Shown here: piece by piece, positions 20,005 through 30,277 of the stretch
Numbering within the stretch: the stretch's first letter is position 1
How the letters are laid out: each line of letters opens with the position of its first letter
Source of the DNA: Giardia intestinalis
Lineage: Eukaryota
Length of the DNA: 64,000 bases
NCBI GenBank assembly: GCA_000002435.2
Contig: CM018793.1
Direction: 5' to 3' (one strand)
The notes under the pieces: generated by a model
What the model saw: only the letters and a program-made list of their open reading frames with translations
Database searches by the model: none
Told to the model about the DNA's origin: nothing
Position numbers and translations under genes: made by a program

Positions 20005-21959
20005 GTGGCGAACGTACACATACAGAACTCCTTCGTCTCGCAGTGTGTCACGTCCTGTGAAAAAGCGGGTGGTCGCTGCCCCTCCTGCGGGCCTCCACAG
20101 GCACGCATCACAACAGCCTCGGTGCGGAGTGCAGCAAGCACAAGGATGGCTGTGCCCAGAATAGGTGCGCCCCTGGCCAAGTCCGATGAACGGAACGCGC
20201 ACGGCGTACTCCGAGAGCGCTTCCTCTGTGTGCATCCTGGACAGCACCGCGGCTCGGTCCACTGCGTCGAGTGCAGGGGCTCGGGCTCGGAGGCGAACGC
20301 GTTCCTGCTCTACGAGGTGGACACGAGTGCAGCGTGGTAGGGGCGGGCGGTGTGTGCTCGTCAACCCGAACAGCGGTGCGACCGAGGGATCTCACAGCTG
20401 CAGCAGCGGCTACTGCACGTCATGCCACAAGACGCATCTGTTCTGTAAGTATGGATGCTACAGCCGACACAGTTCGACTGGATTTGCCATATGCGCGGGG
20501 GCGAACCAGTGCGAGCTAGACAACGTGACGATCTGCACAGAATGCGTGAACACGTCGCATGCACCCAAGAATGGGGGGTGCACCTTCGTCGGGGAAAGCG
20601 CCTCCAGAAGCCTGTTTTCTGACTGCACGAAAGATGCAAGCAGAGGGTTGTGCACAGGTTGCTCCAGCACCGGGAAGTCTTTCTTGTTCTATGGTGGTTG
20701 CTATAACAGAGACTCCCACGTTGGTTCAAAGCTCTGTCTGGAAGCAGCGGGCGGAGTGTGTAAGCAGTGGCGTAGCAATTTTAACTTCACCTTCTCTAAA
20801 GCTGAGGGGGCCGACCGATACCTGTGCGGTGATACCAGCAGTGGTGTGCGTGGCTGCGCTACATGCGGGTACAATAACGGTGTGACGTGTACGCGGTGCT
20901 CGACGGGATACCTCGGGGTGGATGGGAGGTCCTGCAGTGAAGGCTGCAGCGGAGACACTCGGGGGGGCGTGTACGGAGGTAACAGAAGGGAGCGAATCAA
21001 CTGAAGTGTCGTGTCGATGCGTCTGCAAGCCGACGTTCTACAACAGCTCCGGAACGTGCATATCATGTACGGACTCGTGCGCTGTCTGCAAGGATGGCAC
21101 ACTAACCGGCTGCCAGCAGTGCAGCCCTGGCAAGATCCTAAGCTTCTCGATCGTCTCCAGCGAGAGTGCAGACTGTGTCGATCAGTGTTCTGTTAGTAGT
21201 GAGTGTGCAGAATGCGGCATCACCATCGACGGCAGCAGGTACTGCACGCGCTGCAAGGACGCAAGCACGTATCCGTTCAACGGGGTGTGTATTCTGAACA
21301 CACAAAGGGACGCGTACTGCACCAGCAAGGCAAATGGCGTCTGCACCACCTGTTCCTCAGGCGCCTTCCTGATGAACGGGGGCTGCTACACAACGGAGCA
21401 CTATCCGGGAAGCACTATCTGTGGTAAGCAGTCAAACGGAAAGTGTGAGAAGACCAAGGAGGGGTACGGGATATCGCCCGATGGAAAGCTGCTGGAGTGC
21501 GATCCGACATGTCTGGCGTGCACCGCCCCTGGCCCCGGCCGCTGCACCAGGTGCCCCTCTGGAGCGCTCCTGAAGAGGGCCTCGGGTGCCGCCACCGGGA
21601 GCTGCGTCGGCCTTAATGCCTGTGTAGACGGGTACTATGCAGACGGAGACGCGTGCCTGCCCTGCGCCACTCCGGGGTGCAAGACCTGCGGGCATGCCTC
21701 CTTCTGCACAGAGTGCGCGGGGGAGCTCTTCGTGAGCCTGGACGGGCGGTCGTGCCTGGGGGAGTGCACCGGGAACAAGGTGGTGGGAGAGGTGCCCGGC
21801 GGCGTGCGGAGGTGCTGGTGCGAACGGGGCTTCTACAGCCATGGTCCAAGGGTCGCACGAATAAACCCACCTCCCCGCTCCTGTGTGAAGACGGGGACGA
21901 ACCAGGCCCGCTCGACCTCGGTGACCGGTAGTCCTTCCTCTCCCCAGTCGGTCTGAGCT
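20005..21959 (+). pseudogene. Variant-specific surface protein (VSP) pseudogene or fragment. It is split across three reading frames and has no signal peptide, no TM and no CRGKA tail.
   Basis: VSP-type CXXC and GGCY motifs continue through ORFs 20005-20340 (frame 1: CVTSCEKAGGRCPSCG), 20165-21004 (frame 2: KSFLFYGGCYNRDSH...) and 20922-21956 (frame 0: AFLMNGGCYTTEHY...CTRCPSG...). The last frame stops at ...STSVTGSPSSPQSV* before any TM segment. The block is very GC-rich. Confidence 0.7.
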
Positions 21960-22600
21960 ATCCGGCAAGGATCAAGAGTATCGGCTGGACGAGGCCCATA
22001 GGGGGCATCGGGTGACTGGCTCGGACCCATCCGGCAGGCCTCGTCCGTGCCTGTTCCTGACCTAACAACTTGCTGCCCGCTGCAGGTGCTGAGAGCAACC
22101 CATCTCTAGGGCCTCCGCCCTCTCATACAACAGTCCATTCGGGGATGCCCCCGTGTCCATCACTCTGTGCTGGCTGGCACACGTCTGTGGCCGGGATGTC
22201 TATTTTCCCCAAGAGCTAGCATAGGCGGGAGACATCTTTAGAGGGCCTGCTCCTCTTAGAAATAGTGATCCCGTACACCGACTCACCGTGTAGTCAGAGA
22301 GGCCATAATGGGGCGGGTTTGCCTGTGTGGCTCCGGATCAGATCACAATTAGTTCGAGACAATATTCAGATCCATGAACTGTGATGGTGACCGATGAGCG
22401 ATGAATATTAAATAGATAATAGAAGAGCTTAGTAGTAGATACAATCAAGTAGCACCTAACCATTATGTATATTAGCAGCTTTATTAAGACAACCAACCAG
22501 ACGGAAAGAGACTAACCAATCAGCGAACACAGAACTTACAACATGACACCGACCATACATGCCTTGCTTTAAAGTAAACTATACAATAAACTTATTAGCT

Positions 22601-23752
22601 TTACAGTCCGATAACATGGGATAGAGCTAAGACCTTTTCGGAAGGGAGAATCCAGGTCTCTGCCTCAAGACGCTCGTCGATGGTCACCTCAGCCCAGTTG
22701 AGATAAAGAAGTTGAGGGAGGATATAGATCAGTAGCGCTCTAATGGTATTTGCTGGGGTAGGGAGTGTGGCCACGGCATTCTTCCTGTATTGTTCAAATA
22801 GACTTTTGTTTGCGCTCGGGGCATCTGCATACGGATCAACTGTTCTATTGACTCCCACAGCAAATGAGACCTCGTCCTGGCGGGCCATCAAGTCCCCTAG
22901 TGCTAAGATCCGTGCGTCCTTAAGTGTCACGGCCACGTGGAGCCCGTCATTGTCTGGACGCTTAAATCGTCTTCCATTAGTAAACTCTTTTTGAGAGGGC
23001 GATAACGTATCGTCAGATGTCACAACAAGTTCCCTCAGTAGCTTGAAGGGAATGAGCTTCTTTATGCAGGAAAGTTGATTAATGCAATTCGCGTGGAGGA
23101 GGAGTGTTCTGAGATTGGGGTTTTGTAACGGTGCTAGGTGTTCAATAGAAGTGATTCTGTTATGGCTAAGGTTGCAGTATCGAAGACTTGGGAAGCGGTC
23201 TATATGTGCATCGCTAGTTAAAATGTTATGAGCAGCATCGAGCCAAAACACGTTGGGACAACAATTATTGCCTTTGAGAGATGAAATGACGTTTCGAGAA
23301 ATGTCTAAACGCTCCAGGTATGGGAGAGCATCTCCAGAGACCTCTGACGGAAACTCAAACAATTTGTTACGGCTCAAGTCCAGGTTAACTAGATTAGGAC
23401 AGAAGCGAAGAGATGGAAGCTCTTCAAGATCATTGCACGAGAGAGTTAACGTAAGTAACAGGGGGCAAACAGGGAGCATGTGCCACTCGACCTGTGCATC
23501 ATTCAGCCCGCAGTTCGAAAGGTTCAGCTCAGTAAGATGTGGCAGGGAGAAAAGATCCGTTACATCTGCAGAACTCAGTCTCCGTCCAGCGACAGAGAGG
23601 CGCTCTACAAAAGAAAACTGGCTATATATCTCCGAAATGGCGAAATCAGGCACTGATGAACAATCCAGCGATCGTGTAATGTACGTGGCTCCGTCCGCAG
23701 AGGGCCCAAAGTGCCCCAGTAAAGGGACCACGTCTAGGATGGTCGGGGGCAT
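22601..23752 (-). CDS. Leucine-rich-repeat protein (SDS22-like LRRs plus an LRRcap-like region), 383 aa.
   Basis: Repeats include LTELNLSNCGLND, LTLTLSCNDLEELPSL, LVNLDLSRNKLFEFP, LERLDISRNVISSL and LRYCNLSHNRITSIEHL. The listed start is GTG, and the first ATG is 23752, preceded by CTTAAAATTCCTATG. Confidence 0.6.
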   Translation of the reverse strand: MPPTILDVVPLLGHFGPSADGATYITRSLDCSSVPDFAISEIYSQFSFVERLSVAGRRLSSADVTDLFSLPHLTELNLSNCGLNDAQVEWHMLPVCPLLLTLTLSCNDLEELPSLRFCPNLVNLDLSRNKLFEFPSEVSGDALPYLERLDISRNVISSLKGNNCCPNVFWLDAAHNILTSDAHIDRFPSLRYCNLSHNRITSIEHLAPLQNPNLRTLLLHANCINQLSCIKKLIPFKLLRELVVTSDDTLSPSQKEFTNGRRFKRPDNDGLHVAVTLKDARILALGDLMARQDEVSFAVGVNRTVDPYADAPSANKSLFEQYRKNAVATLPTPANTIRALLIYILPQLLYLNWAEVTIDERLEAETWILPSEKVLALSHVIGL

Positions 23753-23777
23753 AGGAATTTTAAGGAAGTTCACTAGG

Positions 23778-24590
23778 CTAGTGTCTTATCTCTGAAAGTC
23801 CATGCAGCTGGTTGCGGAGTGAATTCTTGTTTGTCCATTCTCGGGTATATACCTCCTCGGTAGTGTTTAGCTCAGCTTCCTTGAGGCTTTTCTCGCGCTT
23901 AAACATGTAGCTCATCATAGCTGCACGTGCCTCATCATCTGCTTTGCGCGGCACAACTGTGTTTGATCGACTTGGTATGACCTTTAGCACTGCATTTGCT
24001 CCGCACTTGATGCTACTCATAGCAGGCCCCTTAGAGCACAAAGAAGACCCTGCAAAGAAAAGGCAGCTAGTCTCCGTGCTATAATACTTCTGGGGCTCTA
24101 CCTTTCCTTCTAGGATGTCCTCCTCTGCATCCAGAAGCTCTTTGGCTGGATCGTAGTCGGGAAGACCCATTGGCCAGACCATCATCAGTGCCCCCTTTGC
24201 TATGGCGATCGCCTCTTTGACAACTTCCTCTGTCACAGGGTTTCGCTGGGATGGTAGTGTATAACAAACTCGACGTATTTCAGCCGCGACATCCGTCAGG
24301 GTCTTCTTGCCCGTTTCGTCAGGAGCATGACCCGTTCGCAGGTTGTAGGCATCGACGCTTGGGCCAAGGGGCTCTTCACCTTCCTGCTGGCCTGTCAATG
24401 CTTTGTACTCAGGAGCCCGCAGGGGTCCGTGCTTCGCTAGATCCTCCAGGGGATCAACCAAGGATGACAAAAAGATCAGACTATTCAGGAGGCGGATTCC
24501 TCGGTTGTTTACATCCTCTGTGCTTTCGGCCTTGTCGCATTCGAAGTAGAATGCGAGCTTTGTGTCGGTAGGAGCCACATTGATCAACAT
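23778..24590 (-). CDS. CFAP298: CFAP298 (C21orf59/Kurly/FBB18) homolog, a cilia motility and dynein-arm assembly factor.
   Basis: The protein is colinear with human CFAP298: ...DLAKHGPLRAPEYKALTGQQ (ELAEHGIFLPPNMQGLTDDQ); KEAIAIAKGALMMVWPMGLPDYDPAKELLD (KDALDQLRGAVMIVYPMGLPPYDPIRMEFEN); and a C-terminal ...NSLRNQLHGLSEIRH (NTALKRHFHGVKDIKWRP). Its ATG lies 5 nt downstream of the neighbouring gene's stop. Confidence 0.8.
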   Translation of the reverse strand: MLINVAPTDTKLAFYFECDKAESTEDVNNRGIRLLNSLIFLSSLVDPLEDLAKHGPLRAPEYKALTGQQEGEEPLGPSVDAYNLRTGHAPDETGKKTLTDVAAEIRRVCYTLPSQRNPVTEEVVKEAIAIAKGALMMVWPMGLPDYDPAKELLDAEEDILEGKVEPQKYYSTETSCLFFAGSSLCSKGPAMSSIKCGANAVLKVIPSRSNTVVPRKADDEARAAMMSYMFKREKSLKEAELNTTEEVYTREWTNKNSLRNQLHGLSEIRH

Positions 24591-24595
24591 TTAAT

Positions 24596-27500
24596 TTAGA
24601 TTTCCATTAGGCCATAATGCCGAAGAGGGTAGCCATACGGTGCACTTGCAGCCTCGCAGAATAAGTTGCGAAGAACTGCAGGCAGGGACTGAACACTGAA
24701 CCGTTCTTCGTCACCAGACGCAAAAACAAGTAGATCTGCTTGAATTGTCGCCCAGATCATCTCACAGGCAAACGATGGATACGTATAGACGTCCCACTGA
24801 ACCTTGCTGTGTGAGTATGAGTACGCCCGTGGACCAGGCTTGATGGTGAAGAGCCTCTTCAGCTTTTTCTCCATAAGCGTTGTTCTCCATTGCCGCTTGT
24901 CTCCTTGATCTATGTATACTTCTGTGAGTTGCTCATATACTACGGTTTCTGCCTCAGATAAAGTAGAGGGGAGAGAGTCGCCAATGGATAAGCACTGAAT
25001 GCTGTGTTCTATGGCATGCTTCATGGCCTTCACCCCCAGTGTCTTTGCCACATCTTGATCGTCAGGGTCAATCTGTGATGGGGCAGTATCAAGGACAGAG
25101 ATAAGAAGGGCGCTAAACGAAGATGATCCATACGCTGCTCCGAAAGGCGAGACCTGATCTACATTGAAAGGAGATGCCCCAATAGAGGCTAGTGGGATTG
25201 GTTCGAAGCTGGTGGTGTCTACACTGGCCAGCTGAGTTTGTGAAGGAGGCGGTGAAAATGAGGGGAGCTCTTGACGCGCAGAGCCCTCTTCAAGAGCTCT
25301 ATTATGGGCATCAAGACGACTCTGGGCGATGGAGCCCAGGTCAACGGAAACGTCTTCTGCGTCCAGGCCTACTTCAGCCAGCTCATCCGCAATGTCATTG
25401 GCAATGTTATGCGGAGCCATTGGGGTATTGTTCCCTATAGCACTCTTGTTGCTGCGACCGTGAGCTACAGGCGTTTCAGTTGGCTGCTTTCTAGAAGGAG
25501 ATTCCATAGCCATTTCTTCAACAGCAACTGCAGAGTGAGACATGGCTGTTAGATTGCTGGACGCCAGCGGTGAAAATACAAAGGCCCGTTGTAGAATATA
25601 GGCTCCGTTAAATAGTTGGTATATATCTGCTTCTCTAATGTCCCAACCACGCGGAGAGATACAGTGGAATAAAAAGATAGAGGCCTTGAGCACTTCTCGT
25701 CTACGTGTGTCCGTAGTTGCGCTTTCCTCTAGATCCTTGTAGTGCGTCATCAAACACGCATTGATAGTCTCCTGATTTGAATTTTTGTATACATTTCCAG
25801 AAAAGCAATGATCATAGCATTTGGCTAACTTAGTAATCACTTGGCACAACTTATCATCAGTAGACGATATGGCAAAGACAAATATGAACTTGAGCAATAG
25901 GTCCACAAGACCCCGTCGAGAGTCAGGATGGGAAAAGACTCCAGCCAAGCTGTAATCCTGATAGGTATAGTCGTCAGTCATAAGAGAAAACTTATACCTT
26001 GGTAGCCAGTACCACTTCCTTGTAGATGCTGAAGCAGATTTTCTGCCACTAGCGACCGGATTGACAGCAACATCTGCGTGTTCCAGGGCTTCTGCATTAG
26101 GAGATGTAACGCTTGCCTGCATCTCAGTGGCAGCCTTCTTCCCTGGTTTGGCCTTACGCTCACGGCGAGTTGCTGCGTTATAAAGCTCTTCCAGGCTTAC
26201 TCTCTCCACGGTATGGCACGAGGTTTCCTTTGTTTCCAGCGCCGTAACGTTGCACAGGACACCAGTTGCAAAGGATAGCATCCCCATAGAGCGAAGGATG
26301 AGCATGTTTTTACCGCTGAGAAGGACGACAACATCACCCGGTCGCATGCCGCCATACCCAATAGGTGTAAGGAGAGGAAGAATGGTCCCCTGAGTACCCA
26401 ATGCCCCAGAGTCCAGCTTCGATCTAAACAGGCAGCAAAAGCTGGCTTCTGAACTCATGTCCTGGCTCCATCCACTGAGGCTTTGCAGTGCGGAGTCATA
26501 GAACATAATGTCATCTGTATCCTCTGGCTTCAGTCGACCATCGTTGTCGAGAATTGTGGATACAACGGTCTTCATATAGTCCCCAAAGGTGAGATTAATA
26601 TCAACAGAGCTGTAGAAGAACTGAGAATACCGAGGGTAAGATGGTACCAAAATCGGTGTGCCTCCAATTGGAAGCGGGGGGATGTTGAGTAGTGATGAGA
26701 GTACAAGGACGAGCATGTTCCACGGAATTAGTATGGGCAGCAAGTAGAGCATGACCTTTCTCCAACCCGTGCGTGGCTTAGAAAATGCAAACTTGGCCAC
26801 AGAGATATACATGTTGATACCTACAGTGAGCCGGTGGAGGAACCCGTCCGCAACTGCTCCCACAAGCGCAGAGACAGCTATTGCTGGAAGATTTGTAGGC
26901 CGCAGTTCTAAAGGCAGAGAGCTGAAGTTGTTAGATGATGACCCTAGCGCAAGTTGTACTATCGTTAGGATGAGACCACCGAGTAGGAGAGATACATAGA
27001 GAGCTGCTGGATCTGTGCATGCAGACACAGTAAGATGAAGCAGCGACAGGGCGTGGATTGTGCCAGCCTCTAGGTTTAGGGTCATTAAGCTGGACTCTTT
27101 GGTAGACTGTGTATATGAAGAAATCGAGACAATGCCGTCAAAAATTCCTAGAATAAGAATAGCTACTCCGGAAATATGATTAATTATGGCGTATATGCGA
27201 CTCTGTATACGTCGCTTACGCGCAAACAAAGACCCCAGCTGAAACAGCAAGTAACAGCCAGCGCCAATCCCGAGTGGAACAAGAAACTTGATATGAGAGG
27301 ACCACATAGTAATGACCTGAGATGGCAACGGGCTAATGTGTATATCAGCTAGCAAAAGCAAACAGAAGATTGTAATTGATGCAACTGCCGCTAGAATTGC
27401 AAAGGCAAACCGAATGAAGATGCGCGCTGTATAGCTCTTAAGCGTACCATACTTAACATTCATGAGGACAAAGAAGACGCCTGGAACAAAGGAGAGAAAA

Positions 27501-28336
27501 TTAGTACCGACTATTGCTAACAATACACTCGGAAATAGAAGGATAGACCAACCGCCAAAAGTGGGCAGCTTGACGATCCTACAGATTAAATCAATGACAT
27601 ACAAGAGCAGGCAGCGGAACTGTGGGAGGACCCCGAAAAAAGAGAGGGGAGGAATAAGTGCATAGGCCACATTAAACCACTTTATATCTTGAGCAACAAG
27701 CTCACGAGGTTTATCACTTAGAAATATTATGTTGGGAATAAAGATGCAAAAGGTATAGAACAGATTGGTGAAGGAGCATTCAAACAGCTGTGCTGGTGTG
27801 AAAACATTCATGGCAGAGTCCAAACCCCTGAGTGCCGGGACCCATAGCATTGCGACAAAGACACCGACCCAACGCTCTGCTACACCGAAGTAAACAGCGA
27901 TATGGAAGATCACCGCTAGAGACAGTGCGAGAAGCTGAATGGCTGCCTGCACGCACGGACCCTTGTTGACAGGAAACAAGACAGCCCCGATAGCCCCTGC
28001 TGTCGGACACCGCCTTGTGGAGCTGGCACCACCTCTGGAGCCCACTTTGGAAGATCTCTTATAGCGTTCTCCCGCTCGAGCCAAAAGTCCGTATGTCACG
28101 GAGAGACAGAGACTCAAGACGAGCGACGTCACGAGCGACCATATCCTTCTTGGAAACTGACTAAACACGACTGCCACAACCAGGGGGATAAGATTTATGA
28201 GAGATGCGATAGCATAGACTGCACCACCAAAATTGCCCGTACTTCTGATGGTGATCCCAAAGAGTAAGTGGTCCAGAAACTTTTGGCAAAAGAGTGCCCC
28301 GCTGCCTTCATCGAAGACAGGGTAATTTCCGGCCAT
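24596..28336 (-). CDS. Large polytopic membrane protein (1246 aa): about 14-20 predicted TM helices in the N-terminal ~650 aa, then a ~600-aa soluble C-terminal region. Family unknown.
   Basis: ATG at 28336. A long run of hydrophobic segments is followed by a hydrophilic C-terminal half. There is no in-window interruption. Confidence 0.65.
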   Translation of the reverse strand: MAGNYPVFDEGSGALFCQKFLDHLLFGITIRSTGNFGGAVYAIASLINLIPLVVAVVFSQFPRRIWSLVTSLVLSLCLSVTYGLLARAGERYKRSSKVGSRGGASSTRRCPTAGAIGAVLFPVNKGPCVQAAIQLLALSLAVIFHIAVYFGVAERWVGVFVAMLWVPALRGLDSAMNVFTPAQLFECSFTNLFYTFCIFIPNIIFLSDKPRELVAQDIKWFNVAYALIPPLSFFGVLPQFRCLLLYVIDLICRIVKLPTFGGWSILLFPSVLLAIVGTNFLSFVPGVFFVLMNVKYGTLKSYTARIFIRFAFAILAAVASITIFCLLLLADIHISPLPSQVITMWSSHIKFLVPLGIGAGCYLLFQLGSLFARKRRIQSRIYAIINHISGVAILILGIFDGIVSISSYTQSTKESSLMTLNLEAGTIHALSLLHLTVSACTDPAALYVSLLLGGLILTIVQLALGSSSNNFSSLPLELRPTNLPAIAVSALVGAVADGFLHRLTVGINMYISVAKFAFSKPRTGWRKVMLYLLPILIPWNMLVLVLSSLLNIPPLPIGGTPILVPSYPRYSQFFYSSVDINLTFGDYMKTVVSTILDNDGRLKPEDTDDIMFYDSALQSLSGWSQDMSSEASFCCLFRSKLDSGALGTQGTILPLLTPIGYGGMRPGDVVVLLSGKNMLILRSMGMLSFATGVLCNVTALETKETSCHTVERVSLEELYNAATRRERKAKPGKKAATEMQASVTSPNAEALEHADVAVNPVASGRKSASASTRKWYWLPRYKFSLMTDDYTYQDYSLAGVFSHPDSRRGLVDLLLKFIFVFAISSTDDKLCQVITKLAKCYDHCFSGNVYKNSNQETINACLMTHYKDLEESATTDTRRREVLKASIFLFHCISPRGWDIREADIYQLFNGAYILQRAFVFSPLASSNLTAMSHSAVAVEEMAMESPSRKQPTETPVAHGRSNKSAIGNNTPMAPHNIANDIADELAEVGLDAEDVSVDLGSIAQSRLDAHNRALEEGSARQELPSFSPPPSQTQLASVDTTSFEPIPLASIGASPFNVDQVSPFGAAYGSSSFSALLISVLDTAPSQIDPDDQDVAKTLGVKAMKHAIEHSIQCLSIGDSLPSTLSEAETVVYEQLTEVYIDQGDKRQWRTTLMEKKLKRLFTIKPGPRAYSYSHSKVQWDVYTYPSFACEMIWATIQADLLVFASGDEERFSVQSLPAVLRNLFCEAASAPYGYPLRHYGLMEI

Positions 28337-28514
28337 TTTTAGATTGACACACAGTACCTATACGTCCTCATAGACTATTTACTCGTCAGTTCTGGTTTGA
28401 TAAAAGACTCCTACGCTTGATAAGAGCTATAGAAGGGAGAACGATGTGGGACTGAGAGGCTTTGGATCGGAGTGACTCAGCCCTGGTAAAGAGTGTGAAC
28501 GTACCAGTAGAGCG

Positions 28515-30107
28515 TTAAGAGATCGTGACCTCCTTGATTATCTTGCAATCTATTGCTTCCTTCAGCATAACACGGTAGTTGAATGTGATCCTGTTGAGAT
28601 AATAATGCTTAACTCCCCCGTTGGTCTCGCTGACCAGACAGCCAAGCTGCTGCATGGCGTTTAGAATGTCTGTGGCCGTAGTTACATTGACGTGGATCAT
28701 CTCAATGATCCTGTGGACACTTACACACGGATGTTTAATAGGTCGACGGTTTCGCACCCTATTGTACTCGTTATATAAAATTAGTATGACATATAAGTAG
28801 AACATCTTGTATGAACGAACCTCCTTAGTAACCAAGTATCTGTGGCCATTGAGGGTCCATGGCACGTAGGGAAATGCATCATGTCCTCGTGTACGCCTTT
28901 CGTTCTCGATATAGTCGAAAATACCATTTAGCTCTGTGACATGGACAGGGTTATTGGGTCGAGACCGATTAATAAGAGCAAATACCTCGTCTACTGGCAG
29001 AAAGACGCACTGCAAAATGCGCTGCTGTATGTAGAGCGGCGAAAGGGCGACATAATACTCAATAGCACTCATGAGCTCAGTCACAAACGCGTCCTTGTCA
29101 CTGACAGGCGAGGCAACCGAGGATGGCCTGATTGATAGAAAGGCATGCAAAACATCAGAAAGCTCAATGGCAAGGTCAAAGGGCTGCGTCCTATTAAATA
29201 TGACAACCTGTGCATAAGACTGACAGAGCTTCTCATCGTTATACAGCTTAAATACGGTGATCCCTCCCCCGGTCCCGTTAGCGCTGCTAGGCAGCTCCTT
29301 GACGGGGGTAGGAGAGACAAAGTTGGGGGGTGCAAGAGACACTGTGTCTTTTGCAGTCATTGCTAACGTGTCTCTTGTCATAGCAGTCTCATGCAGAAGC
29401 GTTTTTGCAGCCTTGATCCCATCTTCGTACTTCTTCGTATGCAGATATCGAGAGCTCTCTTTCTTGAATGCGTCTTGCTCCACCCAGTGCTCAGCCAACT
29501 TGATCAGTTTGGTGTATATTTCTTTATTTCTGATGCTGGTAATATTAAATCTGAAGTCTTTAGGAAGGTCGATTTCCCTCAGGATTTGGCTGTACCGCTC
29601 ACGAAGGGGGTTTAGTATACAAGCAGACCTTACGTCCTCTACAGAATCGCGGCTACTGGTCTGATAGGCCGGCATAAGCTTGGCCTCTAAGTCCTGAAAG
29701 TCTTCTGCGGGCGTTCTTGGAAGCTTTTCGCCCTTTTTGGGTTGGCCAAACACAAGCGTAAGTGAATTAGAGGCATTATCGTTTGCCAAATCGTTGTACT
29801 TACTGTCAGTGTTACAAACAATCACGACCGCGTTGTCGCTCACCCGTTTACCGTTGACCTTTGTACCTTTCTTTCGGAACTCTATGCCATTCACTCGCTT
29901 AAGTGGAAGCCTAAGCGAATAGGGAGGAGATCTAGAGTAAACATAAAGGTAACACCTGGAGAGCAAAAGGTAGGCGTTATGGGTGAAGTAGGAATGCCCG
30001 TTGGGCTCGTCAATTATACTGACTGGATTGATGGAGGAGTAAGTGGAGCGAGACACCTCCTCGGGAGAGCCGTCGTACTTATGTTTAACGACATCAAATG
30101 CCTTCAT
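28515..30107 (-). CDS. Hypothetical protein (530 aa), with a possible N-terminal PH/GLUE-like fold and a C-terminal winged-helix-like region.
   Basis: The listed start is TTG, and the first ATG is 30107, preceded by GTAGAAAAAAGATG. The domain guess rests only on residue patterning (LYVYSR...LPLKRVNGIEFRK; GCLVSETNGGVKHYYLN). Confidence 0.5.
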   Translation of the reverse strand: MKAFDVVKHKYDGSPEEVSRSTYSSINPVSIIDEPNGHSYFTHNAYLLLSRCYLYVYSRSPPYSLRLPLKRVNGIEFRKKGTKVNGKRVSDNAVVIVCNTDSKYNDLANDNASNSLTLVFGQPKKGEKLPRTPAEDFQDLEAKLMPAYQTSSRDSVEDVRSACILNPLRERYSQILREIDLPKDFRFNITSIRNKEIYTKLIKLAEHWVEQDAFKKESSRYLHTKKYEDGIKAAKTLLHETAMTRDTLAMTAKDTVSLAPPNFVSPTPVKELPSSANGTGGGITVFKLYNDEKLCQSYAQVVIFNRTQPFDLAIELSDVLHAFLSIRPSSVASPVSDKDAFVTELMSAIEYYVALSPLYIQQRILQCVFLPVDEVFALINRSRPNNPVHVTELNGIFDYIENERRTRGHDAFPYVPWTLNGHRYLVTKEVRSYKMFYLYVILILYNEYNRVRNRRPIKHPCVSVHRIIEMIHVNVTTATDILNAMQQLGCLVSETNGGVKHYYLNRITFNYRVMLKEAIDCKIIKEVTIS

Positions 30108-30277
30108 CTTTTTTCTACATCGGGTCACCAAGCGTTTTACTTAAATTAACTGTATCTTACAATTGGGATGAGCGCAGAAGGGTGCTAGAAAGGCTTCGCA
30201 ACTTGTAATGTCTAACGCTGTGTACAGCGACTTGACACTCGGTGAAGTTAAAAGTTAACGCGAGGGCAGTCCGACCA

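Noticed and set aside
19588-22030. Dozens of overlapping 60-340-aa ORFs on both strands and in all frames
   Set aside because: The region is about 65-70% GC, so stop codons are rare in every frame. Only the CXXC/GGCY-bearing frames look protein-like (the VSP pseudogene). The rest are composition artefacts or antisense reads.
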